A stretch of 35,217 nt of DNA from an uncultured Oligoflexus sp. GTDB lineage: Bacteria; Bdellovibrionota_B; Oligoflexia; Oligoflexales; Oligoflexaceae. Made by a program: the position numbers and the translations under genes. Positions 27,447 to 35,217 of this stretch are shown here, piece after piece; the stretch's first letter is position 1, and each line of letters opens with the position of its first letter. The notes beneath the pieces were generated by a model, which saw only the letters and a program-made list of their open reading frames with translations, searched no databases and was not told where the DNA came from. Location of the stretch: the NCBI GenBank assembly GCA_964236955.1, contig CAXSGP010000048.1, positions 1 to 35,217 on the forward strand. The letters run 5' to 3'.

Positions 27447-29095
27447 GGGGTTTGCTCCTTCCAGCACTTGACGGCTTTTTGCAAATTCTGAATCGCGGAA
27501 TTCGTGGGTCCTGGAGGCATCTGGCCCGAACTCATCATCGTGACGGCAATCGTCCCCAAGGGGCCGGCCCAGGCGGCCTCGGTTTCAAGGCTCTGCCGCG
27601 ACGAACTGCTGCTGCTGTGACAACCCGTGCACAGGGTTTGACTCGGCAGGATATCAGCGGCATAGGAATAGGCACGATCGCAGGTCGTGACGACCGCGTC
27701 CGGAGCTTTTCCAAGCGGTGGGGCCGTCAGCGGATCGACCACCAGGCCATCGCTTCTTGAGCCCTCAAGGAAGGCGGGGTGGGTGGCTATCGCATAGACG
27801 AGTTCCCGAAAGCTATAGGTCGAAGTGATAAAATATTGGGTGAGGGCCGTTCGCAAGGCTTCTTCATCGGTGTAGAACTTGCGTCCCATCAACCAATACC
27901 AAACGTTTTGCACGGTACACGTTGCAAAGGCCTCATCCCCGCGAACGATATTGGCGAGATCGGCGAGCGTCGCACCCGAATGATTGGCAAATTCGGTTTG
28001 CACGAGAGCCTGGCGGCCCGAGTAAAGATCGGCACCTTCGCCCCATGCCTTAAAAAAGTCGGCGAGTGGATCGAGGGTCGAATGACAGCCTTTGCACCCT
28101 TCGGTTTCTCTAAGATTACCGGGATCCTGAGGAAATACGCGAGGCAGATCCGAGGTAAAGTCACGGCACAAAAGCCTTTTATAGAGTTCGTTACCGCGGG
28201 TCCGGTTTTTGTCATAGCGTCTCAACCAACCAAAAGTTGAAATGATGCCGCCGGTATTGGGATCGGAGGCCGTGGTTTTAAGTAGGGTATAGCGGGTATC
28301 GGTCAGCGCCGTTTTATTGAGAATGCTGATAACTTCAGGATCGAGGTCAAGCTCATTAATCTTGAAGTGGTGCTGCTGGCTGTAAAAGTGAGCGATCGCC
28401 CCATCCACAGCAGTAAGCCCTGGTTCGAGGATTTTCGTATAGGGGAAGTTCTGCACGGCTACCGCCGTCGCCAGACCCGCAGCCTGACGGCTTAAAGAGC
28501 GCATCACGGCAAATCGCGAATCGAACGATTCCGTCGTGCCAATCTCCGAGTTGCGGGCCTCATCTTCTTCGGTGCTGCGGATAAAGCACTTGCTCAAATC
28601 CTGGCCGCAGGCATTCACCACCGACGGACAGACCCAAGCGACAATTTTTGGATACCAGAAAACCGAAACCGGTTTCTCCCAGGCCTGAGGGCAACCCGTG
28701 CCCTTTTTCGTTTCGATGTTGCTCGTCCAGGTGCAGTTGAAGCGCCCCTGACTTTCCGGGAAACGTCCGCAGGTGATCGAAGCAAATTTTTCCTGCTTGC
28801 CGTCGATATCATCACGCATCAGTTCCTCCATATAGTCTTCGGGAAGCCCCACACCAAGCACGCGCTCATGATAGCGAAGGACGGCGTCATAAAAATGTTC
28901 ATCTTCGACAAAGGTCCGAACCGCCGCCTTATAGGAATCTCTGCTGGTCGCCGACTGAGAGAACTCAGCATCGGTGGGCATCGCACCGTTAAGCATGAAT
29001 TTCGAGCGGCGTAAAGCCGCAGGAAGATCTTCGCCTGCCAACAGCGGCGCTGAAAAAAGAATCGCAAAAAGAGTTATTTTAAGTTTAAGGCTCAT
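27443..29095 (-). CDS. DUF1549/DUF1588/DUF1585-like secreted protein with two CxxCH motifs and a C-terminal cytochrome c-like domain
   Basis: Signal peptide; LRRSKFMLNGAMPT; RTRGNELYKRLLC...CKGCHSTLDPLA; FATCTVQNVWYWLMGR...FRELVYAIATHPAF; CTGCH...GQMPPG. Confidence 0.75.
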   Translation of the reverse strand: MSLKLKITLFAILFSAPLLAGEDLPAALRRSKFMLNGAMPTDAEFSQSATSRDSYKAAVRTFVEDEHFYDAVLRYHERVLGVGLPEDYMEELMRDDIDGKQEKFASITCGRFPESQGRFNCTWTSNIETKKGTGCPQAWEKPVSVFWYPKIVAWVCPSVVNACGQDLSKCFIRSTEEDEARNSEIGTTESFDSRFAVMRSLSRQAAGLATAVAVQNFPYTKILEPGLTAVDGAIAHFYSQQHHFKINELDLDPEVISILNKTALTDTRYTLLKTTASDPNTGGIISTFGWLRRYDKNRTRGNELYKRLLCRDFTSDLPRVFPQDPGNLRETEGCKGCHSTLDPLADFFKAWGEGADLYSGRQALVQTEFANHSGATLADLANIVRGDEAFATCTVQNVWYWLMGRKFYTDEEALRTALTQYFITSTYSFRELVYAIATHPAFLEGSRSDGLVVDPLTAPPLGKAPDAVVTTCDRAYSYAADILPSQTLCTGCHSSSSSSRQSLETEAAWAGPLGTIAVTMMSSGQMPPGPTNSAIQNLQKAVKCWKEQTP

Positions 29096-29787
29096 AGCAG
29101 AAGACCCTCCGCATCCAGAACAAGGGTGGAGCAGGCTGGGACATAGCTTGCTTTGGTAATTTTTCCAGATTCTTTGGCCGTGCCGATAATCGTCGTCAAT
29201 GTCGCTAGGGAGGCGGGATCGATCCGATCGCTGGGTACTCCCAGAATCCTTTGGGCAAGAAACCTTAGGTTGGTTTCGATTTCGCTAGGGTCAGCGGGAA
29301 GGATCGTTGCCCATCCCGGGTGATCGTTATCATTTGGATTGACGAGACTTCCGCAGACTTCTTCGGCGACCTTGAGCTCGGCAAGGAGCGACGTGGAGTC
29401 ATAGCCTTCCTGCGGAACCACGGTAAACGTCACGTTTGCGCCACCAAGTAGCATGCGATACTGCTCGACGCGACCGATCTCACGGGCCACGGTGGAACCG
29501 GACTCACGATACTGAAGCAGGAGTTCGCGAATGGCGATATCAGGGTCGGGCCGTACCGGGGCAGGGGCATGGGTTGTCGTCACGGCATAAAGATTATCCA
29601 AGGCCGCCGCGTTTTCGGTCGAGGCCCTGAGTCCAAGCGAAGCACCGAGGACGCCGCTGCCGGCTCCCTGCTTGGCTCCGGCTTTCGTACCTTTGGTATC
29701 GAGCATACTGCAGGCCCCTAGCAGGAGGCTGCCTATCAGAAGCGCTAGCCATATTCTAAGGGAGCGCGAGTGGTTGTGCGTTTGCAT
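29092..29787 (-). CDS. Lipoprotein of unknown function
   Basis: Lipobox LLLGAC; GGAGGA RBS; ATGA overlap with the next gene; two further Cys (EEVC, VPAC). Confidence 0.75.
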   Translation of the reverse strand: MQTHNHSRSLRIWLALLIGSLLLGACSMLDTKGTKAGAKQGAGSGVLGASLGLRASTENAAALDNLYAVTTTHAPAPVRPDPDIAIRELLLQYRESGSTVAREIGRVEQYRMLLGGANVTFTVVPQEGYDSTSLLAELKVAEEVCGSLVNPNDNDHPGWATILPADPSEIETNLRFLAQRILGVPSDRIDPASLATLTTIIGTAKESGKITKASYVPACSTLVLDAEGLLL

Positions 29788-29808
29788 GCGTCTTCCTCCA
29801 TTCGAGCC

Positions 29809-29835
29809 TTGTCGGCAATCCGCAGGAAGACTTCA
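29809..29835 (-). promoter_or_regulatory. Putative sigma28 (FliA)-type promoter of the lipoprotein-cytochrome-DUF1501 operon
   Basis: TGAA-N15-GCCGACAA, 21 nt upstream of ATG 29787. Confidence 0.6.
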
Positions 29836-29908
29836 ATAATGAAGGATTCACTTAAGAAACAAAGTGCTTACGTGATGGTATTAATAGCCCAAAGATCGAC
29901 CTTCTTGT

Positions 29909-30985
29909 TTAAAAGCCCCAATTTAGACCAGCCGTGGCACCGTAGCCAAAGAGTTTATACTTGGCGTTGAATTCCGTAATACTTTGGCCGTCGGTTCCCT
30001 TCACGAGAATGATGCCGGCGAAAACTGGCAACCCTGAGTTGTCGAAATTCAAATCGAGATGCAGACCGAAGCCGGGAATCGTCGGTAGAGTGACGTTTCG
30101 ATTGTCGGCATAGGACAAACTTTTATAGATCAGCACCGGCTCAAATACGAGTGATTTACTGGCGAGAGGGATAGCGCTGCCGATCTGAATCTTAAAATAA
30201 TCTTCCTCACCCGTCGCCCCGTTGGGTGTTTTGTTGCCGCCGCCGCTGGCCTCAATAGCAGAAAACTCCCCATAAATCGAACCCGCCACCAGATCCTTGC
30301 GCATAAAGATGGAAACATGGGTTGGCTCAAACAGCACGTCCTTGATGACAAGGGAACTGTTATCGATAGAATTCGATTTGGTCAGCGCGCGATTTTTCTC
30401 GATTCCGGCCTGATAGGCAAATCCCGCATCGAAGCCACTGCCGTGCTTGGTTACCGAAAGATGGGGACGGGCAAAAAAAGCGGAATGATAGGCGTCACTG
30501 GAGGAGAAAGTTGCCGCTTTCGATTTGTAGTCGTAGTTTCTCACGTAAAATGCGTCGGCACCGAGCGTGATATCGAGACTGTTTGCAGTGGAGTAGACAA
30601 GATCGAGTCTCGGTTGGGCTTCAACCCAATTCGCTTTGCTCACGATCTTTGGCTCGTCTTTGCCCTCCTCTTTTTCATACATAAAATAGAAAGGAACACT
30701 GCCCCGTATCGCCATATTCGGCCCCAGGGTAAACTGTTGCATGATACGGACCTCATTGATCAGAAGCTGCGAATATAGCGTTGAATCCGTTCCTTCTGTA
30801 ATGATCTCACCGTCGAGAAGTATCAGGCGGGTTTTGAGCTGGCCCTGATTGGTGTGCTTGAGGGTCCCCGACTCTTTGGCAAAAGTATCGGTCTCAAGGA
30901 CATCATAGGGAAAGGCCGAAGCACCATCAGCGAGGAGCAGGGCGAGAGTCGTTAACAGAGTAAAGCCCGTCAATGTCCGTATCAC
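29909..30985 (-). CDS. Putative outer-membrane beta-barrel protein
   Basis: Signal peptide ending ASA; amphipathic strands; C-terminus AGLNWGF. Confidence 0.7.
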   Translation of the reverse strand: MIRTLTGFTLLTTLALLLADGASAFPYDVLETDTFAKESGTLKHTNQGQLKTRLILLDGEIITEGTDSTLYSQLLINEVRIMQQFTLGPNMAIRGSVPFYFMYEKEEGKDEPKIVSKANWVEAQPRLDLVYSTANSLDITLGADAFYVRNYDYKSKAATFSSSDAYHSAFFARPHLSVTKHGSGFDAGFAYQAGIEKNRALTKSNSIDNSSLVIKDVLFEPTHVSIFMRKDLVAGSIYGEFSAIEASGGGNKTPNGATGEEDYFKIQIGSAIPLASKSLVFEPVLIYKSLSYADNRNVTLPTIPGFGLHLDLNFDNSGLPVFAGIILVKGTDGQSITEFNAKYKLFGYGATAGLNWGF

Positions 30986-31078
30986 CCTTTAGTCCCCTGT
31001 CTTCAAATCATTTTTTAGCTTGAGGACATTCTAAGGAATCTACAGGGTAGGGGAAAGTCTTTTTAAAATCGAGATGTC

Positions 31079-32734
31079 TCAGACCGCGCCTATTTCCATC
31101 GCCTCCCAATCTTTCCCAATCAGCGACAGGTTGGTCTGGCCTCGAAAGGTGTTTTTGGTGGCATAAACCAAAAACCTCGCCTGCTTCATAAATTCAAGCT
31201 CCTCATGAACTTCGTTGAAGAACATGAGCTTTTGTGGGCCCCGGCCATCGGTCCCAATCTGTAGCGAGGTGTGTTTGGGAACGCCCGTCGATTTATCCAG
31301 GAGAAAACGAACGTTTTGAATTTCGGCTTCGATACAGAATAAGGGTTCCTCAAAGCCATGACCGAAAGGCTTTAACCCATCGAGGCTTTGGGCAAGCGAA
31401 AGATCGAGCAGTTTAAGCGGCAGGACACTGTCAAAGTTCACTTTGCTCAACCAGATCTCAGGATTTTCGAGAAGTCTGGCCCTGGCGAACTCATTGAGCG
31501 CGCGACGCAAGGCCTCTTCATTGCGCGCAGGAAAGGTAAAGCCACCGGCCGCCGCATGCCCCCCAAATTTCTCAAAAAACACCGCCGCCGACGTCATGGC
31601 ATCGGTGACGTCAAAACCAGGCAGAGAGCGCGCTGAGCCCTTGCACGTGTCGCCTTTTCGTTCGAAGAGCCAGGTCGGCTTCCAGTAGCTTTCGGTGATC
31701 TTACTTGCGGCTATGCCGACGACACCGGGATGCCAGCCTTCATTGCCGAGAAATAAAATAAGATCCTCGCTGTAGCGCTGCGCATGAAGGTGCGCCTCGA
31801 CCACGATTTTGGCCTGGATAACCTTGCGTTCTTCATTGCACGAGCCCATGAATTGCACGAGGGGTTCGGGATCGTCATGGATAAAGGCAGCAATCACCTC
31901 CCTCGCATGGCTCAGGCGTCCAACGGCATTGATACGAGGTCCGATCCGAAAGCCGACGTCCTTTTCATCGAGGCCCTCCTCGAGGGCACAGGCTTCCCTG
32001 AGACGCCGGAGAACGGGCCGTCGACTCTTAAGCAAGGCCCTTACGCCCATATTTGCAAGCTTATGATTGACGCCGTTTAAAGGCACCACATCGCAGATCG
32101 TCGCCATCCCCACCAAGGCGAGGATGTCCGTCCAGGTTTCCGGGGCTACGGTGAAATGCTGGGCCAGCTTTCTAAGCAGGACGAAGGTGATACCCGCTCC
32201 ACACATTTCCTGATACTCGGGGTTGGGATGCATCTTGGGATTGAGAATCACACAATCCGGCATTTTTTCAGGCTGTATCTTATGATGATCGGTACAGATG
32301 AAGTCGACCCCGCGCGAGCGGCAGTAGGATGCCTCGGCGTTGGCTGTGATGCCTGTGTCCATAGTAATGATAAGTTCGGCCTTCTCATCATCGATCAAGT
32401 GTTCCATCGCTTTGAGGTTAAGGCCGTAACCTTCCTCGAAGCGGCAGGGAATATAAGGCACATAATTCTTGTGACCCAAGGCCTCTAAAAACCAGATCCA
32501 GCTCACGCAGCTCATCGTGCCATCAACGTCATAGTCAGCATAGAGGGCGATGCGCTTGCCTTTTCTAATGGCGGCATCAATCCTCTGCGTTGCATCAAAA
32601 AGTCCATGATCGCCATAGGTGAGCTGATCGACGGGAACAAATTTTCTGTTTTCACAAATTATATTTTGTAAATCATCCAAGTTGTCGGGCCGCGAAGCCT
32701 GTGCAGCGACCCAGCGTCGATATTTTTTGCCCAT
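31079..32734 (-). CDS. recJ: Single-stranded-DNA exonuclease RecJ
   Basis: ADYDVDG, ITMDTG, CTDHH, TICDVVPL, PRINAVGR, GSARS, FGGHAAAGG, PFGHGFEEP. Confidence 0.93.
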   Translation of the reverse strand: MGKKYRRWVAAQASRPDNLDDLQNIICENRKFVPVDQLTYGDHGLFDATQRIDAAIRKGKRIALYADYDVDGTMSCVSWIWFLEALGHKNYVPYIPCRFEEGYGLNLKAMEHLIDDEKAELIITMDTGITANAEASYCRSRGVDFICTDHHKIQPEKMPDCVILNPKMHPNPEYQEMCGAGITFVLLRKLAQHFTVAPETWTDILALVGMATICDVVPLNGVNHKLANMGVRALLKSRRPVLRRLREACALEEGLDEKDVGFRIGPRINAVGRLSHAREVIAAFIHDDPEPLVQFMGSCNEERKVIQAKIVVEAHLHAQRYSEDLILFLGNEGWHPGVVGIAASKITESYWKPTWLFERKGDTCKGSARSLPGFDVTDAMTSAAVFFEKFGGHAAAGGFTFPARNEEALRRALNEFARARLLENPEIWLSKVNFDSVLPLKLLDLSLAQSLDGLKPFGHGFEEPLFCIEAEIQNVRFLLDKSTGVPKHTSLQIGTDGRGPQKLMFFNEVHEELEFMKQARFLVYATKNTFRGQTNLSLIGKDWEAMEIGAV

Positions 32735-32865
32735 GAGACCATCCTTTTTTACGTAGCGCCATCGTTTGGCCAGCCGCAGAATACCCTGAATAAGATCGGA
32801 AGGATAGAGTCATTCTGCCGGCCCGTAAAAGACTTCTGCCGTCCGGTAGGTATCCCCTCACCCTC

Positions 32866-32892
32866 TCAAGTTTTGCCTACTTAGGTCGATAC
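32866..32892 (+). promoter_or_regulatory. Putative sigma28 (FliA)-type promoter
   Basis: TCAA-N15-GTCGATAC, followed by hairpin GCACAC-ATGAG-GTGTGC (32903-32919). Confidence 0.55.
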
Positions 32893-32961
32893 CAATCGCG
32901 AGGCACACATGAGGTGTGCTGAGGAACCAAACCAATTTGGTCAGCCGCAAAAGAAGACAGG

Positions 32962-33720
32962 ATGGTCCATATGAAGCTTCTCCGTACTACCAAACGTTCC
33001 CTACCAATCGTTTGCCTTGCCCTCGTCCTCAATGCTTGCGCCGGTGGCAATGATTTTCCCGAAGACGCAGTCGACGGTAACAATGCAAACAACGCCGCCA
33101 ATGCCGACGATACTGGCTTAAACAACGATAACTCGAATGACAATAGTGACAATGAGAATGGCAACAACGGCAATAACGCGAATGGCAACAATCTTGGCAA
33201 CGAAAACGGCAACAACCTTCTTAACAACGAAAATGGAGGGGGCAACGATGAAATCATGGGATCCGGCAATGAATTCCTAAATAACGCAGCCGGTAACGAT
33301 TTTCTTAAAAACGAAGAACCCGCTGCTGGCACGGCCGCCAACGCCGGACTTGATCAAAACAGCACGGAAGACTTGGGTCTGCCGCCCGGTGGTGCTATAG
33401 TAGGTGAAAATGAAGACCTCAGCGCAAATATTGCTCCTCCCAATGCAAATATGGGTGCGACCGATACATCGATCGCTCCGCCCAGCCGAGGCTCTTCGAA
33501 ACCGAATCGAAACGGTAAGGTTCATTACGTTCTTCAGAACGGCAGCAGTGCTTACGATAAAGCCAATGGAACCGTCGTAAAAACCTATGAACAGGGCGAT
33601 CATCCCGTGGTGACTGCCGAAGGGGAATGGGTTCGTACCTCGGAAGGCATGTATGTCCCAAGCGCAACTTTGACGTCGCGACCCATTCCTCGGGCGAAGT
33701 CTGTAAAGTCATGGCGCTGA
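32962..33720 (+). CDS. Lipoprotein with Asn/Gly/Asp-rich low-complexity region and small C-terminal SH3-like domain
   Basis: Lipobox VLNAC; NNGNNANGNNLGNENGNN repeats; C-terminal VVKTYEQGDHPVVTAEGEWVRTSEGMYV. Confidence 0.75.
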   Translation: MVHMKLLRTTKRSLPIVCLALVLNACAGGNDFPEDAVDGNNANNAANADDTGLNNDNSNDNSDNENGNNGNNANGNNLGNENGNNLLNNENGGGNDEIMGSGNEFLNNAAGNDFLKNEEPAAGTAANAGLDQNSTEDLGLPPGGAIVGENEDLSANIAPPNANMGATDTSIAPPSRGSSKPNRNGKVHYVLQNGSSAYDKANGTVVKTYEQGDHPVVTAEGEWVRTSEGMYVPSATLTSRPIPRAKSVKSWR

Positions 33721-33839
33721 CATAAAGACAGGCGAAGAAATTTCCGGGTTGACAGGGGGACCGAGACTTGGTTCCCTCAAGACCTTTGTCTATGAATAGC
33801 TTGATATTTTTCAAGACTCTGCAATGAAAGGGAGACAGC

Positions 33840-35105
33840 ATGGTCAATCTGCGCACTCTAACTCTAAGCGCTGGTCTATGCCTGCTTGCTGCTTGCAAAC
33901 CGCAGGCGAGCAATGAGGCCAAGGCTCCACCTGGCACCGTAGCATCGAGCGGAAACGCTCAACTCGTAGCGACCAGTTGGGTCAGCGATCACGAATTCGA
34001 AAAGGGCTCGAGTTTCTACAACTCCCTGCGAGCCTTGAACATCGACTCCACGACCATTCTAAAAATCGTAGAAAGTGCAAAAACTGTCTTTCCCCTCAAA
34101 GAAATTGGGGCTGGAATTCGCTATAGCATTTCCTGGTCGTCAGAGGATAAGACCGACCCGATCGCGATAGAACTCAGGATCGCTGCCGATTCTAGCTTGT
34201 TAATCGAAAGAAAAAGCGAATCTGATCTAGAATGGACAGCGACTAAAACCGAATATCCCGTCACCATTCATAACAAGACTTTTATCGGCGTCGTCGATAC
34301 AAGTCTTTGGGAATCAGCAGATCTCGTCGGCATGGATCCGAACCTGATCACCAACCTGACAGAGGTATTTGCCTGGCAATTGGACTTCAACCGCCAGGTC
34401 CGCCGCGGCGATCGCTGGCGACTCACGGTCGAAGAAAAAGTCGTCAACGATCAGGTCATCGGTTATGGCAATATTTTGGCTGCTGAATACGATAACGGCT
34501 CGCAGGGATTCACGGGTGTTCGCTATCCGCAGTCCGGCCCCAACGCCTCGTATTATGCGTCGAACGGCAAGAGCCTCAAGCAACTCTTTATCAGGAGCCC
34601 CCTTAAATTCGGTCGTGTCACGTCCAGTTTTTCCAAGGGCCGCTTTCATCCTATCCTGAAAATCATGCGTCCTCACAATGGTGTTGATTACGGTGCCCCC
34701 CTCGGCACTCCCATCATGTCGATCGGCAAAGGAACGGTCGTCGAAATCGGTCTGAACGGTGGTTCGGGCAATATGATCAAAATCCAGCACAACGGAACCT
34801 ACGCCACGGCCTATCTTCATATGAAAGGCTTTGCGGACGGCCTTCATAAAGGCAGCGTGGTCGATCAAGGCCAGGTCATCGGTTATGTGGGCGCGACCGG
34901 CCTTGCCACTGGGCCGCACCTTCATTTTGCTTTTTACGAAAACGGCACCTATGTCGATCCTCTGGGTCGAAAATTTCCATCGGCCGATCCGATTGCCAGA
35001 GCAGAAATGCCTCACTTTCTTAAGGAAGTAGGCAATGTTCTCCGTACCCTTCCCGATTGGAACGTAGCCCAAAACATTAAGGCAAGCTCGGAACGCAACA
35101 ACTAA
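33840..35105 (+). CDS. M23-family peptidoglycan DD-endopeptidase (MepM/Csd3-like), possible lipoprotein
   Basis: HNGVDYGAP (HxxxD), YLHM, TGPHLHF (HxH); WQLDF...GDRW Csd3-like middle region; LLAAC lipobox. Confidence 0.92.
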   Translation: MVNLRTLTLSAGLCLLAACKPQASNEAKAPPGTVASSGNAQLVATSWVSDHEFEKGSSFYNSLRALNIDSTTILKIVESAKTVFPLKEIGAGIRYSISWSSEDKTDPIAIELRIAADSSLLIERKSESDLEWTATKTEYPVTIHNKTFIGVVDTSLWESADLVGMDPNLITNLTEVFAWQLDFNRQVRRGDRWRLTVEEKVVNDQVIGYGNILAAEYDNGSQGFTGVRYPQSGPNASYYASNGKSLKQLFIRSPLKFGRVTSSFSKGRFHPILKIMRPHNGVDYGAPLGTPIMSIGKGTVVEIGLNGGSGNMIKIQHNGTYATAYLHMKGFADGLHKGSVVDQGQVIGYVGATGLATGPHLHFAFYENGTYVDPLGRKFPSADPIARAEMPHFLKEVGNVLRTLPDWNVAQNIKASSERNN

Positions 35106-35121
35106 ATACAGTAAAATTCAG

Positions 35122-35152
35122 AACCCCGGATGCCAAGGTATCTGGGGTTTTT
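35122..35152 (+). terminator. Intrinsic terminator after the M23 gene
   Basis: AACCCCGGATGCC-AA-GGTATCTGGGGTT stem followed by TTT. Confidence 0.75.
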
Positions 35153-35164
35153 GACTTTAAATCT

Positions 35165-35217
35165 TAGGGGCTGTTGACGTTTGAGATAAGTGATTGAAAA
35201 GTACAGGCAAACTCGTA
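35165..35217 (+). mobile_element. Possible terminal inverted repeat of an IS5-family element continuing beyond the window
   Basis: TTA-GGGGCTGTTGACGTTT resembles IS5-family ends from memory; no transposase is visible in the window. Confidence 0.4.

Noticed and set aside
33077..33310. AAC-rich repeats as a CRISPR or non-coding array
   Set aside because: Irregular and fully explained by Asn codons in the lipoprotein.
33755..33778. Hairpin between the Asn-rich lipoprotein and M23 genes as a terminator
   Set aside because: Imperfect stem with no U-tract, so it cannot be supported.

Overview
35.2 kb of bacterial chromosome. Gene content (trypsin-LRR lipoprotein, CHASE2 adenylate cyclase, orphan family-5 substrate-binding proteins, DUF1501 cluster, many lipoproteins and beta-barrel proteins) suggests Bdellovibrionota/Oligoflexia; this is inference only. 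The backbone carries an ABC ATPase fragment, a FecCD-type permease plus ATPase, proC, an ABC-F ATPase, an LptE-like lipoprotein, sodB, recJ and an M23 peptidase. Two accessory patches interrupt it. (i) ~6.1-8.4 kb: a DUF29-like gene, a truncated IS4-family transposase ending in a 62-bp palindrome built from two IS ends, and a His-rich CDF metal exporter. (ii) ~16.1-18.5 kb: an orphan substrate-binding protein and an internally deleted IS200/IS605 element that lost tnpB but keeps a structured ~150-nt omegaRNA-like right end fused to the 3' part of tnpA. The best candidate for an undescribed system is 24.9-31.0 kb (- strand): beta-barrel, lipoprotein, a DUF1549/1588/1585-like protein with two CxxCH motifs, a Tat-exported DUF1501 protein and a second beta-barrel, with a sigma28-like promoter before the lipoprotein. 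Several other sigma28-like promoters occur in the window. No CRISPR array, tRNA or rRNA was seen. All family assignments come from motif recognition by eye, not from database searches.
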